Shown one piece after another: positions 32,913 through 42,916 of a stretch of 64,000 nucleotides of DNA (within the stretch, counting starts at the first letter, position 1; every line of letters begins with the position of its first letter). Both the position numbers and the translations under genes were made by a program. This stretch comes from an uncultured Trueperaceae bacterium (lineage in GTDB: Bacteria; Deinococcota; Deinococci; Deinococcales; Trueperaceae), in contig CAWFFU010000003.1 of NCBI GenBank assembly GCA_963815215.1, forward strand, positions 896,001 to 960,000. Reading direction: 5' to 3'. Below the pieces are notes generated by a model. That model did no database searches and was not told the origin of the DNA. It saw only the letters and a list, made by a program, of their open reading frames with translations.

Positions 32913-34052
32913 ATGCACGATGGCGCGTCGGGCGGCACTTCGGACGATCGGCTGGACGGCCCCGTCGCCACGGTCGACCTGCAGGCGCTCGAACACAACC
33001 TCGGACGCATCCGGCGGCGTCTCAGCGGTGGCACACGCGTGCTGGCCGCCGTCAAGGCCGACGGCTACGGGCACGGTGCGGTCACGGTGGCACGCCGCCT
33101 CGCAGAGCGCGGTGTGCGCTGGTTCGGCGTCGCCACGCCCGAGGAGGCGTTCGCTCTGCGCGCCGCCGGCGTGAGCGGCGACATCCTGCTGTTCGGGCCC
33201 GCCTACCGAGCCGACACCCTGCGGCGTCTGGCCGACGAAGCCGTGGCGGTCACGCTCGCCGACGGGGCCGGCCTGGAGGCGGCGCAGGCGGCGGGGACCG
33301 CGCGGCCGTTGCGCCTGCATCTCAAGGTCGACACCGGCATGGGTCGGTTGGGCGCGCCATGGCAGGACGCGGCCGCGCTCGCGCGCCGTGTCGAGCGCTC
33401 GCCCGGGCTCGAGCTGGAAGCGGTATGGACGCACTTCGCGCGCTCCGACGAGTCCGACCGGGCCCCCACCCTGGCACAGCTCGAACGCTTCGAGCGTGTG
33501 CTCGACGCGCTGCGGGCCGATGGCATCACGCCCCCGCTGCGTCACGCTGCCAACTCGGCTGCCGTGTTCGGGTTCCCGGAGGCCCACTACGACCTGGTTC
33601 GGCCCGGCATCGCGCTCTACGGTTACCACTCGGCCGACGCCGTGCAGGCGCTCGAGGCCGGGTTGCGCCCCGTCATGCGGCTGCAGGCCCCGGTGACCTT
33701 CTTCAAGCGTGTGCCGGCCGGCACCGCGGTGTCCTACGGCGGCACCTGGGTCGCGCCGCACGAGACCAACATCGCGACGGTGCGCATCGGCTACGCCGAC
33801 GGCCTCCCGCGGCTGCTGTCGAACCGGGGCTCCGCCTCGCTGCGAGAACGCTCGCTGCCGATCGTGGGACGCGTGTGCATGGACCAGCTGCTGCTGGACG
33901 TCGGCGACCTGGAGGTGACGCCCGGGGAGGTCGTCACCCTGTGGGGCCCGCCCGGGCCCGACGCACAGAGCGTCGCCCGCCTGGCCGACACCATCTCCTA
34001 CGAGCTGCTCACCGGCGTGTCGCCCCGCGTGCCCCGCCGCTACCGCGGCTGA
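32913..34052 (+). CDS. alr: Alanine racemase
   Basis: AVKADGYGHG, HLKVDTGMGRLG, GYADG, GRVCMDQ, TISYELL. Confidence 0.96.
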   Translation: MHDGASGGTSDDRLDGPVATVDLQALEHNLGRIRRRLSGGTRVLAAVKADGYGHGAVTVARRLAERGVRWFGVATPEEAFALRAAGVSGDILLFGPAYRADTLRRLADEAVAVTLADGAGLEAAQAAGTARPLRLHLKVDTGMGRLGAPWQDAAALARRVERSPGLELEAVWTHFARSDESDRAPTLAQLERFERVLDALRADGITPPLRHAANSAAVFGFPEAHYDLVRPGIALYGYHSADAVQALEAGLRPVMRLQAPVTFFKRVPAGTAVSYGGTWVAPHETNIATVRIGYADGLPRLLSNRGSASLRERSLPIVGRVCMDQLLLDVGDLEVTPGEVVTLWGPPGPDAQSVARLADTISYELLTGVSPRVPRRYRG

Positions 34053-34095
34053 CCGGCCCGAGGGCCGACCGACCCGGGCCGGCGAAGGGGCGCGG

Positions 34096-35523
34096 CTAGG
34101 CCTCGGCCTCGTTCATCGCCTCCGCGGCCTCGCTCGCTCCCTCGCGCGAGGCCAGCACCGTGATGACGCGGCGCTCGTCGGCTTGCTCCACGATGAAGCG
34201 GACCCCCTGATGCTGGAGTGACTCCCCCACGTGCGGGATGTGCCCTAGCTCGTCGATCATGTAGCCGGCCAGGGTGTCGTACTCGCCATCGTCCTGGAAG
34301 GCGAGGCGGAGGTCCTCGGCAACGTTCTCCAGGTGCGCCGAGCCCTGGATGCGGTAGTGCCCGTCCTCGAGCAGGACGATGTCCTCTTCCTCCTCCTCGT
34401 CGGTCTCGTCGTAGATCTCCCCCGTGATCTCCTCGATGATGTCCTCCAGCGTGACGATGCCGGCGGTCCCCCCGAACTCGTCGACGACGATCGCCATATG
34501 GTTCTTGCGGATCCGCATGTCGCGCAGCAGGTTGAGGATGGAGAGGGTCTCGGGCACGTACTGCGGCGCCGTCATGAGGTCGGCCACGTGCGTGCGCTCG
34601 AGCTCGTCGGGGCGCGCCAGGTAGGGCAGGAGATCGCGGGCGTAGACGAAACCGCGAACGTAATCGATGGACTCGCCGTACACGGGCAAGCGACTGTAGC
34701 CGTGCTCGGTGGTGAGCCGCAGCAGCTCGATCATGCTGGCGTCCTCGTGGATCGCCACCACGTCCACGCGCGGCGTCATCACCTCGCGCACCACCGTCTC
34801 CTCGAGGTCGATGATCCCCTTGATCATCTCCTCCTCCTGCGCCTCGATGACGCCGGACTCCTCGGCGCTGCGCAGCATCAGCCGCAACTCGTTCTCCGTC
34901 AGCAGGGGGTTGCCCGACGGCTCGAGCCGGAACAACCGCAGCACCGTACCGGTGATCCAGGCGAACGCCAGGCCGATCGGGTAGAGCACGATCGACATCA
35001 CGTAGACCGGCCGGATGACCGCCCGCGAGAACCCCACGGTGTGGTGCACGGCGATCGACTTGGGGGTGATCTCACCGAAGATCAACACCAGCAGCGTGGT
35101 GATACCGGTGGCGTACCCCACGGCCAGCGACTCCCCGAATCCGTAGGTCTGGGACGTCTGGATGGCGATCTGCGTGATCAGCGAAGCAGCAGCGATATTG
35201 ACGAGGTTGTTGCCGATGAGGAGGGTGGTGATGAACCGGGTGGGCTGCCGCTCGAGCAGGGCGAAGGCGCCGGTGGGGTCCTTGCCGTCCTCGCGCAGCT
35301 GCCGGATCTTCCACTCTCCCAGGGCGGTCAGCGCGGTCTCGGAGCCGGACATCAGCCCCGAGAGCAGCAACAGCACCGCCAGCACAGCGATCTGCGGCAG
35401 GGTCACGCCGCCGCCGTGCGCGTTCGGTGTCTGTGCGATGACAACACTGAGGAGAGGGAGGGCGACGACCAAGAAGACGAGACGGAGAAAACGGGTAGAT
35501 CGGTCCGCTGGCTTGTCTTCCAT
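34096..35523 (-). CDS. Hemolysin/CNNM (DUF21-CBS-CorC) family protein
   Basis: SGSETAL, TLLIGNNLVN, FGEITPK, VREVMTPR, VVDEFGGTAGIVTLEDIIEEI. Confidence 0.93.
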   Translation of the reverse strand: MEDKPADRSTRFLRLVFLVVALPLLSVVIAQTPNAHGGGVTLPQIAVLAVLLLLSGLMSGSETALTALGEWKIRQLREDGKDPTGAFALLERQPTRFITTLLIGNNLVNIAAASLITQIAIQTSQTYGFGESLAVGYATGITTLLVLIFGEITPKSIAVHHTVGFSRAVIRPVYVMSIVLYPIGLAFAWITGTVLRLFRLEPSGNPLLTENELRLMLRSAEESGVIEAQEEEMIKGIIDLEETVVREVMTPRVDVVAIHEDASMIELLRLTTEHGYSRLPVYGESIDYVRGFVYARDLLPYLARPDELERTHVADLMTAPQYVPETLSILNLLRDMRIRKNHMAIVVDEFGGTAGIVTLEDIIEEITGEIYDETDEEEEEDIVLLEDGHYRIQGSAHLENVAEDLRLAFQDDGEYDTLAGYMIDELGHIPHVGESLQHQGVRFIVEQADERRVITVLASREGASEAAEAMNEAEA

Positions 35524-35644
35524 CAGCTAGAGGGATTGTAGCATAGCCCTTCCGCCCCCTCGGAAACGCCGTTCCAACTGCGTCGAGCCGGCGACCGCCG
35601 GCGTCGGCCCCCGGTATACTCGGGGCCTATGGGGTTGCGGGGCC

Positions 35645-36247
35645 ATGGCCACCATCGTCGTTGAAGGTCCGATCGGGGTCGGCAAGACCAGCCTCAGCCG
35701 CTACCTGGCCTCGGAGCTGGGTGCGCGCATGGTGCTCGAGGTCGTCGAGGAGAACCCCTTCCTGGCGGGGTTCTACGGCGAACCCGAACGCTTCGCCTTC
35801 CAGACGCAGGTGTTCTTCCTGCTGTCGCGTTTCCGGCAGCAGATGGCGCTCGCCCAGGACGTGCTCTTCCACCCCCACACGGTCGCCGACTACCTGTTCG
35901 ACAAGGACTTCCTGTTCGCTTCGCTCAACCTCTCCGGTTCCGAGTGGGAGCTCTATCGCGAGCTCTTCGAGCAGCTCAAGCCGCGTCTGCCCCGCCCCGA
36001 TCTCGTGGTGTACTTGCGCGCGGAACCCGAGCTGCTGCTGGCGCGCATCGCCAAGCGCGGGCGCAGCTTCGAGCACGCCATCGACCCGGACTACCTGGCG
36101 CGCATCGGTGAGGCCTACGACGAGCTCTTCAGGCACGCGCCCTACCCGGTGCACGTGGTGGAGGCAGGCGACGTCGACTACGTGGCCAGCGAGGCCGACC
36201 GTCGGGCCCTCCTCGGCCACCTGATCACCCTGGCGCGGGCGGCCTGA
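35645..36247 (+). CDS. Deoxynucleoside kinase
   Basis: VEGPIGVGKTS, ENPFL..FY, RIAKRGR. Confidence 0.92.
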   Translation: MATIVVEGPIGVGKTSLSRYLASELGARMVLEVVEENPFLAGFYGEPERFAFQTQVFFLLSRFRQQMALAQDVLFHPHTVADYLFDKDFLFASLNLSGSEWELYRELFEQLKPRLPRPDLVVYLRAEPELLLARIAKRGRSFEHAIDPDYLARIGEAYDELFRHAPYPVHVVEAGDVDYVASEADRRALLGHLITLARAA

Positions 36248-36256
36248 GGAGCGAGC

Positions 36257-36880
36257 ATGTACGTGGCGGTGGCAGGCAACATCGGTGCAGGCAAGTCGAG
36301 CCTGACGCGCATCCTGTCGGAGCGCTACCGGCTCGAGCCGGTGTACGAGGCGGTCGACGAGAACCCCTACCTCGAGGACTTCTACCGCGACATGCGGCGC
36401 TACGCCTTCCACTCGCAGATGTTCTTCCTGGCGACCCGCCTGAGGCAGCACCTCGGACAGGTGAACCCGGGGCGCCGCGTCATCCAGGACCGGACCGTCT
36501 ACGAGGACGCGGCCGTGTTCGCACGCCAGCTCCATCGTCAGGGCGTCCTCGACGACCGCGACCACCGCAGCTACCGAACCATGTACGAGGCGATCCAAGC
36601 CGCGCTGCGGCCCCCGGACCTGCTGCTGTACCTGCGGGCCGATCTGCCCACCCTGCGCCGTCACATCGCGCAGCGCGGCCGGGGGTACGAGGCCACCATC
36701 GAGGACGCCTACCTGCAGGGGCTCAACGAGCTGTACGAGGCGTGGATCGACGCCTACGAGCTGTCGCCGGTCGCGGTGATACCGGTCGATGAGCTCGACT
36801 TCGTCCACGATGCCGGCGACCGGGAGCGCCTGCTCGAGCGGGTCGAGCGCGCCGGCCTGATCGCGCCGATGGTGGGCTAG
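36257..36880 (+). CDS. Deoxynucleoside kinase (tandem paralogue)
   Basis: AGNIGAGKSS, NPYLEDFY, QDRTVYED. Confidence 0.92.
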   Translation: MYVAVAGNIGAGKSSLTRILSERYRLEPVYEAVDENPYLEDFYRDMRRYAFHSQMFFLATRLRQHLGQVNPGRRVIQDRTVYEDAAVFARQLHRQGVLDDRDHRSYRTMYEAIQAALRPPDLLLYLRADLPTLRRHIAQRGRGYEATIEDAYLQGLNELYEAWIDAYELSPVAVIPVDELDFVHDAGDRERLLERVERAGLIAPMVG

Positions 36881-36882
36881 CC

Positions 36883-38358
36883 GTGCGTCTCGATGTCCTA
36901 CTGCGCGACGCGCTCGGCTCGAGCGCGACCCACGGCGGCGCACGCGAGGTTCGGGCCATCGTGCAACGGCACGACCGCGTCACTCCCGGGGCGCTGTTCG
37001 TCGCGCGCCGCGGCGCGCGCTTCGACGCCCACGACTACCTGCGCCAGGCGGTGCAGGCGGGCGCGGTGGCGGTGGTGGGTGAGGCGGAGCTGCCCGCTCG
37101 TCTGCCGTGGGGCGGCGTGCCCTATCAGCGCGTGCCGGACGCCCGGGCCGCGCTGGCGCTGCTGGCGGCGACGTTCCACGGGCATCCGGCCGACCACCTG
37201 AGCGTGTTCGGGGTGACCGGGACCGACGGCAAGACGACCACCGCGTGGCTGCTGCACCACCTGCTGCAGGAACGCTTCGCCAGCGCCCTGATCAGCACCG
37301 CGGGGATCCGCCTCGGCGAGGAAGCCCTCGCCCTGGAAGGACACTTCACGACCCCGGAGGCGACCGAGGTCCAGAGCCTGCTGGCGCGCTGCCGCCGGCA
37401 GGGGCTCGGGCATGTGGTGTTGGAGAGCAGCTCGCACGGCTTCTCGTTGCACCGCCTCGACGCCATCGCCTACGCGGTCGGTATCTGGACCAACCTCAGC
37501 CCCGAACACCTCGACCATCACGGCACGCTGGAGGCCTACCGCGAGGCCAAGGCCACGCTCATGCGGCGCTCACGCGTCGGCGTGCTGAACCGAGACGATC
37601 CCGCCTATCGGTACTTCGCGGCTGCCTCGCGTCGAACGGTGAGCTACGGCGAGCACCCGGAGGCCGACCTCCGGCTGGTGGGGCTCAGCGAGGAGCCGGG
37701 CGCGCTGCGGTTGAGCATCGAGGCGGACGGCGAGCGGGCGGAGGCCCGCCTGCCCATGGTGGGCCGCTACAACGCCTGGAACGCGTTGGCTGCGCTCGGC
37801 GCGGCGCGCGAGGTGGGCGTCCCGCTGGCACGGGCAGCGCAGCGCCTGGCCGACTTCAGCGGCGTTCCCGGCCGCATGCAGGTGGTGCAGGACCGCCCCT
37901 TCACGGTGGTGGTGGACTTCGCGCACACCCCGCCAGCGCTGGACAAGGCGCTCGAGGCGGTGCGGCCGCCGGCGCCGGGCCGCGTGCTGCTGGTGGTGGG
38001 TTCGGCTGGCGAACGCGATCCGGGCAAGCGCGGGCCCCTCGGCCGGGCTGCAGCTCGGCGCGCCGACCGGACGTTCTTCACCGAAGAGGACGCCCGCTCC
38101 GAGAGTCCGACGGCCATCCTCGGCGCGATGGTCAAGGGCGCCGAGGGGGAGGGCGCCCGCGCCGGCGTCGACTTCGAGGTCGTACCCGATCGCGCCTCGG
38201 CGATCGCGGCCGCGATCGCCGAGGCGCGATCGGGCGACGTCGTGCTGCTGGCGGGTAAGGGGCACGAGGCCACGCTCGAGCGCGCCGACGAGACGCTCCC
38301 CTGGGATGAGGCGTCGCAGGCCCGACGAGCCCTCCGCGAGACCTCCGGCGAGACCTGA
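36883..38358 (+). CDS. murE: UDP-MurNAc-L-Ala-D-Glu--diamino acid ligase
   Basis: GVTGTDGKTT, TTPEA, ESSSH, EHLDHH, PGRMQ, DFAHTP, AGKGHE. Confidence 0.93.
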   Translation: MRLDVLLRDALGSSATHGGAREVRAIVQRHDRVTPGALFVARRGARFDAHDYLRQAVQAGAVAVVGEAELPARLPWGGVPYQRVPDARAALALLAATFHGHPADHLSVFGVTGTDGKTTTAWLLHHLLQERFASALISTAGIRLGEEALALEGHFTTPEATEVQSLLARCRRQGLGHVVLESSSHGFSLHRLDAIAYAVGIWTNLSPEHLDHHGTLEAYREAKATLMRRSRVGVLNRDDPAYRYFAAASRRTVSYGEHPEADLRLVGLSEEPGALRLSIEADGERAEARLPMVGRYNAWNALAALGAAREVGVPLARAAQRLADFSGVPGRMQVVQDRPFTVVVDFAHTPPALDKALEAVRPPAPGRVLLVVGSAGERDPGKRGPLGRAAARRADRTFFTEEDARSESPTAILGAMVKGAEGEGARAGVDFEVVPDRASAIAAAIAEARSGDVVLLAGKGHEATLERADETLPWDEASQARRALRETSGET

Positions 38359-38399
38359 GGCCCGCTCCAGACGGCGCCCGACACGTGTAGCATGGACCC

Positions 38400-39695
38400 A
38401 TGACAGCCAACATCGTCCTCCCGGTGGACGTCATCCTTCGCAAGCGCCAGGGCCTGGAACACGACGCCGCGGAGCTCGAGGCGTTCGTGCAGGGATACCT
38501 CAACGGCGACATCCCCGACTACCAGGTGTCCGCCTGGTTGATGGCGGTCTGCTGGCGCGGCATGAGCGATCGCGAGACTGCCGAGCTGACCCGTGTGCTG
38601 GCGGGCTCGGGCCACGTGCTCGACCTCGGCGGCCTCCCCCACACCGTCGACAAGCACTCCACCGGCGGCGTGGGCGACAAGACCAGCCTGGTGCTGGCGC
38701 CGCTGCTGGCGGCCGCCGGCGCGACCGTGGCCAAGATGAGCGGGCGCGGCCTGGGGCACACCGGCGGCACGGTCGACAAGCTCGAGAGCATCCCCGGTTT
38801 CCGCAGCACCCTCGATCAGGAGGCGTTCCTGGCGCAGGCCCGCGCGGTGGGCATCGTGGTGGCCGGCCAGTCGCAGGGGCTGGCGCCCGCCGACGGGCTC
38901 CTCTACGCGCTGCGCGACGCCACCGGCACGGTGGCGTCGCTGCCGCTCATCGCCAGCAGCATCATGAGCAAGAAGCTGGCCGGCGGCGCGGGCTCGATCG
39001 TCCTCGACGTCAAGGTCGGCAGTGGCGCCTTCCTCAAGACGCCGGCGGAGGCGCGGGCGCTGGCCGCGACGATGATCGCCATCGGACGGCACGCCGGACG
39101 CACCATGCGCGCGGTGCTGAGCAGCATGGCCCAGCCGCTGGGACGCACCGTGGGCAACGCCCTCGAGGTGGCCGAAGCGGTGGCGTGCCTGAGGGGTGAG
39201 GGGCCGCCTGACCTGCGCGAGCTGTGCCTGGTGCTCGCCGGCGAGTTGCTCGACGCGACCGGGCTGCCCACTCCCCGCACGCAGCTCGAGACGCTCCTCG
39301 ACGACGGCCGCGCTTACGAACGCTTCGAGCGCTGGATCGCCGCGCAGGGGGGCCGGGTGGAGGCGCTGGACGGGCTCGACCTCGCTCCTGGACGGGAACT
39401 CGTGCGCGCCGAGCGCACGGGCGCGCTGGCGGAACTCGACGCCCTCGCCGTCGGTCGCGCCGCCGGGGTCCTCGGTGCCGGCAGGACGCGCAAGGGCGAG
39501 CGCGTGGACGCCGGCGTAGGGGTCGTGCTCCACGCCAAGATCGGCGATCCCGTGGACGCCGGCGAGCCGGTCGCTACCCTCTATCACCGGGACGGCAAGG
39601 GGCTGGAAGCCGCCGTCGCGCTGCTCCGGCAGGCCGCGCGCGTCGCCGACGCGGCGCCCGCCGCGCCCCTGATCCTGGAGACAGGCCTGCGCTGA
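38400..39695 (+). CDS. pdp: Pyrimidine-nucleoside/thymidine phosphorylase
   Basis: [40 protein letters not shown]. Confidence 0.95.
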   Translation: MTANIVLPVDVILRKRQGLEHDAAELEAFVQGYLNGDIPDYQVSAWLMAVCWRGMSDRETAELTRVLAGSGHVLDLGGLPHTVDKHSTGGVGDKTSLVLAPLLAAAGATVAKMSGRGLGHTGGTVDKLESIPGFRSTLDQEAFLAQARAVGIVVAGQSQGLAPADGLLYALRDATGTVASLPLIASSIMSKKLAGGAGSIVLDVKVGSGAFLKTPAEARALAATMIAIGRHAGRTMRAVLSSMAQPLGRTVGNALEVAEAVACLRGEGPPDLRELCLVLAGELLDATGLPTPRTQLETLLDDGRAYERFERWIAAQGGRVEALDGLDLAPGRELVRAERTGALAELDALAVGRAAGVLGAGRTRKGERVDAGVGVVLHAKIGDPVDAGEPVATLYHRDGKGLEAAVALLRQAARVADAAPAAPLILETGLR

Positions 39696-39745
39696 GCCCG
39701 CGCGTCCCGGGGGCCACGCTTGGGGGCCGAACCGTAGACTGGGCC

Positions 39746-40555
39746 ATGTTCACCCGTGAGCAGCTCGACCGCTATGCCCGCCACATCATCCTGCCGGGCG
39801 TGGGCGCGGCCGGTCAGCGGCGTCTGCTCGACGCCCGCGTGCTGGTCGTGGGGGCGGGGGGGCTGGGCTCCCCCATCCTGCTCTACCTGGCCGCGGCCGG
39901 CGTCGGGCATATCGATCTCGTCGATGACGAGTCCGTCGAGGCGAGCAACCTCCAGCGCCAGGTGGTGCACGGCCTGTCGGCGCTGGGGCGCTCCAAGGCG
40001 GCCTCGGCCGCGGAGCGCCTGGCCGACCTCAACCCCGACGTCGAGGTGGTCCAGCACGCCGAGCGGCTCACGCGCGACAACGCCCGCGAGCGCGTGCGCG
40101 CCGTCGACCTGGTCCTGGACGGCAGCGACAACTTCCCGACGCGCTACCTCGTCAACGACGCCTGCGTGCTCGAGCGCACCCCGCTGATCTACGGCGCGCT
40201 GTCACCGTTCGAGGGGCAGGTGAGCGTCTTCGCGGCCGACAACGGGACGGAACGCGGACCGTGCTACCGCTGCCTGTTCCCGCAGCCGCCGGAGCCCGGC
40301 ACCGTGCCGAGTTGCTCCGAGGCCGGCGTGTTCGGCGTCCTCCCCGGCGTCGTAGGCAGCCTGATGGCGGGCGAAGCGCTGAAGCTGATCGTCGGCTTCG
40401 GGAGGCCACTGGTCGGCACGCTGCTGCACGTCGACGCCTTGGGCGCCGAGTTCCGGCGCTTCACGCTGGCCCGCGACCCAGCCTGCCCGGTGTGCGGCGA
40501 GACGCCCAGCGTCACCGAGCTGGTCGACTACGACGCCTTCTGCGGGCTCACCTGA
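39746..40555 (+). CDS. moeB: MoeB/ThiF-family E1-like adenylyltransferase
   Basis: RYARH, GAGGLG, SNLQRQ, DNFPTRY, CYRC and CPVC zinc motifs. Confidence 0.88.
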   Translation: MFTREQLDRYARHIILPGVGAAGQRRLLDARVLVVGAGGLGSPILLYLAAAGVGHIDLVDDESVEASNLQRQVVHGLSALGRSKAASAAERLADLNPDVEVVQHAERLTRDNARERVRAVDLVLDGSDNFPTRYLVNDACVLERTPLIYGALSPFEGQVSVFAADNGTERGPCYRCLFPQPPEPGTVPSCSEAGVFGVLPGVVGSLMAGEALKLIVGFGRPLVGTLLHVDALGAEFRRFTLARDPACPVCGETPSVTELVDYDAFCGLT

Positions 40556-40591
40556 GCGCACCCCGGCGCGCTCGCCGCCCCCGTCCGCAGC

Positions 40592-40621
40592 TTGACAGCT
40601 GCAAGCGGCAGGGGCTACACT
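40592..40621 (+). promoter_or_regulatory. Sigma-70 promoter of tRNA-Met
   Basis: TTGACA-18 nt-TACACT. Confidence 0.7.
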
Positions 40622-40635
40622 TCTCTTTGCTGCGC

Positions 40636-40712
<77 letters not shown>

Positions 40713-40721
40713 AGCTGGTCG

Positions 40722-40743
40722 GAGGGGCCCTGCGGGGCCCCTC
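40722..40743 (+). terminator. Hairpin after the tRNA
   Basis: GAGGGGCCC-tgcg-GGGCCCCTC followed by TTT. Confidence 0.6.
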
Positions 40744-40785
40744 TTTCCACATGCAGCCAAACCCCAAAAGGAGAGGACGGGCACC

Positions 40786-41793
40786 GTGACGGACCTGAAC
40801 TCTGATCACCTCGACGAAGGACTCCAAGACATCGAACCCGAGCGTCCGACCGCCGAAGCCGGCGAGGGCGAGAACGGGGGCGAGGATCAACCCACACACT
40901 CCGGCTTCGTGGCCATCCTCGGCAAGCCGAACGTGGGCAAGTCGACGCTGCTGAACACCTTGCTGGGGGTGAAGGTCGCCCCCATCACGCCCAAGCCCCA
41001 GACGACGCGCCGCGGCGTGCGCGGCATCTACACGTTCGAAGGCCGGCAGCTCGTGTTCGTCGACACGCCGGGGCTGCACCACAAGGGCCACTCGGCGCTC
41101 GACGACTTCATGCGCCGCGAGATCCGCGACGCCGTGGCCGACGTGGACGTCGTCCTGTGGGTCGCCGACCTGCGCCATCCGCCCACCCCCGAGGACCGCG
41201 CGGTCGCCCGCATGCTCCGCAGCCTGACCCCCGGCACCCGGGTGATCCTGGTCGGCAACAAGCTCGACGCGGCGCGGTACCCGGACGAAGCGCTGGGGCT
41301 GTACAAGGAGCTCTTCCCGGGCGCCGAACGCGTGCTGGCGATCTCCGCCCTGAACGATCCCAAGGCCGTGTACGCTTTGCGCGACGACCTGATGGAGGCG
41401 CTCCCGCCCGCCCCCTTCTACTTCCCGCCGAACATCCGCAGCGATCAGACGCGCGAGCAGTGGGTGGCCGAGCTCATCCGCGAGAGCGCCATGCTGCACT
41501 TGCGTCAGGAGCTGCCCTACGCCGTCGCCGTCCTCGTCGTCGACTGGCGCGACCCCGAGCCGGGCGTCGACGAGCCCGCCGTCATCACCGCCGAGATCTG
41601 GGTGGAGAAGGTCGGACACCGCCGCATCGTGATCGGCAAGGCCGGCGCCATGATCCGGGAGATCGGACGCACCGCCCGCAAGCAGCTCGAGATCTTCATG
41701 GACGAGCACATCTTCCTCGAGCTCGACGTCGTGGTCCGGCCGGCCTGGCGCGAGGATCGCGAGGCCCTGCGCGAGCTCGGCTACGAGCTCTAG
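40786..41793 (+). CDS. era: GTPase Era
   Basis: [32 protein letters not shown] domain with IGKAG. Confidence 0.96.
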   Translation: MTDLNSDHLDEGLQDIEPERPTAEAGEGENGGEDQPTHSGFVAILGKPNVGKSTLLNTLLGVKVAPITPKPQTTRRGVRGIYTFEGRQLVFVDTPGLHHKGHSALDDFMRREIRDAVADVDVVLWVADLRHPPTPEDRAVARMLRSLTPGTRVILVGNKLDAARYPDEALGLYKELFPGAERVLAISALNDPKAVYALRDDLMEALPPAPFYFPPNIRSDQTREQWVAELIRESAMLHLRQELPYAVAVLVVDWRDPEPGVDEPAVITAEIWVEKVGHRRIVIGKAGAMIREIGRTARKQLEIFMDEHIFLELDVVVRPAWREDREALRELGYEL

Positions 41794-41814
41794 CGCTCCG
41801 GGGATCGCGTCGAC

Positions 41815-42165
41815 GTGGCCATCGCCGCCCGCTGGCGCCGTCTCGACAGGCTGCCCGCGCCGAGGGGCCGGGACGCCATGCCCGGCGTGTACGAGCTCGC
41901 CGACCCACAGCGCCGCACCATCTACGTGGGGCAATCCGCCCGCGACGTCCCCAATCGCCTGCGGCAGCACCTGGCCGCAGGCGGCTGTGTGGCGGCCCAG
42001 GCGGCGTTCTGGCGCTACCGGTACAGCCGGGTGCCGCAGGCCGAAGAGGCGGCCCTCCTGGCCGACTTCCAGCGGCGACACGGCCGCCTTCCGAAGTGCA
42101 ACCGGCAGACACCGCTCGAGCGCGATGCGCAACGCCGGATTCGCGAGCGGTTCTCGAGCGATTGA
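41815..42165 (+). CDS. Small standalone GIY-YIG superfamily protein
   Basis: PGVYEL...IYVGQS...RLRQH...EE..L...PKCN. Confidence 0.7.
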   Translation: MAIAARWRRLDRLPAPRGRDAMPGVYELADPQRRTIYVGQSARDVPNRLRQHLAAGGCVAAQAAFWRYRYSRVPQAEEAALLADFQRRHGRLPKCNRQTPLERDAQRRIRERFSSD

Positions 42166-42246
42166 GCAGGGTCGTTCCGGCTGCTCAGAGGTCTTGACGA
42201 CTGCCCGAAAATGCGATAGGCATCGCAAGCGTGTGAACTTGCCTAC

Positions 42247-42275
42247 TTGTGAGGCAACGGCCGTTGTGCTATAAA
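42247..42275 (+). promoter_or_regulatory. Putative promoter of the OMP gene
   Basis: TTGTGA-17 nt-TATAAA with extended TG. Confidence 0.55.
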
Positions 42276-42329
42276 CGGCGCAGGCGAGGAGACCGTCCTG
42301 ATCTTCTCAATCTCGTTTGGAGGGTTTGC

Positions 42330-42806
42330 ATGCGCAAAGTCCTGATTACGCTGCTGGCCATCACGGTCTTCGGTGTGGGTTCCGCGTTCGCACAGAACAG
42401 CATGGCGGCGGAGCACTACTGGGCCGGGGTGAGCGCCGGCTACCCTGGCGCCAACTTCCACTTCGGCGTCAGCGACGTGGCCCCGAACATCAGTGTCCGG
42501 GCGAACCTCGGGTTCGGCTACTTCGGCTATGGCTTCAGCGCCGGGGTTGACGGCCTGTACAACATCCCCGTCAACACGGGCGATCTCCCGCTGGTGGTCT
42601 ACGCCGGCGTGGGCCCGACGTTCTCGTTCGGCTACCTCGGCGGCTTCGCGGCCGGCGTGAATGCCTTCGGCGGCGTCGAGTACCGGCTCGGCCAGATCGG
42701 CTTCGAGCCCGGTGGCGTGTTCTTCGAAGCGGGCCCGGTGGTCTACTTCACGCCTTCGTTCTTCGGCGGCTTCGTCGGTCGCCTCGGCTTCAACTACCAC
42801 TTCTGA
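42330..42806 (+). CDS. Small outer-membrane beta-barrel protein
   Basis: Signal peptide (SAFA/Q), Gly/aromatic alternating strands, C-terminal GFNYHF beta-signal. Confidence 0.8.
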   Translation: MRKVLITLLAITVFGVGSAFAQNSMAAEHYWAGVSAGYPGANFHFGVSDVAPNISVRANLGFGYFGYGFSAGVDGLYNIPVNTGDLPLVVYAGVGPTFSFGYLGGFAAGVNAFGGVEYRLGQIGFEPGGVFFEAGPVVYFTPSFFGGFVGRLGFNYHF

Positions 42807-42827
42807 GCCGAACGTTCGCGTAATGGT

Positions 42828-42860
42828 GCGGCCCGGAGCCTGCTGGCTCCGGGCCGTTCT
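42828..42860. terminator. Hairpin between the convergent OMP and mfd genes
   Basis: GCGGCCCGGAGCC-tgct-GGCTCCGGGCCGT-TCT. Confidence 0.65.
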
Positions 42861-42916
42861 CATGGTGGACCGCCCTCGTCCGCCGCCGGCCTCGCGTCGG
42901 CGGCGGACGCTCCCGT

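Noticed and set aside
30737..33055. Long antisense and alternate-frame ORFs (e.g. 772 aa here; also 54198-56342, 37767-39587, 10966-12762)
   Set aside because: Shadow ORFs expected from stop-codon scarcity at high GC; they overlap well-supported genes and lack motifs
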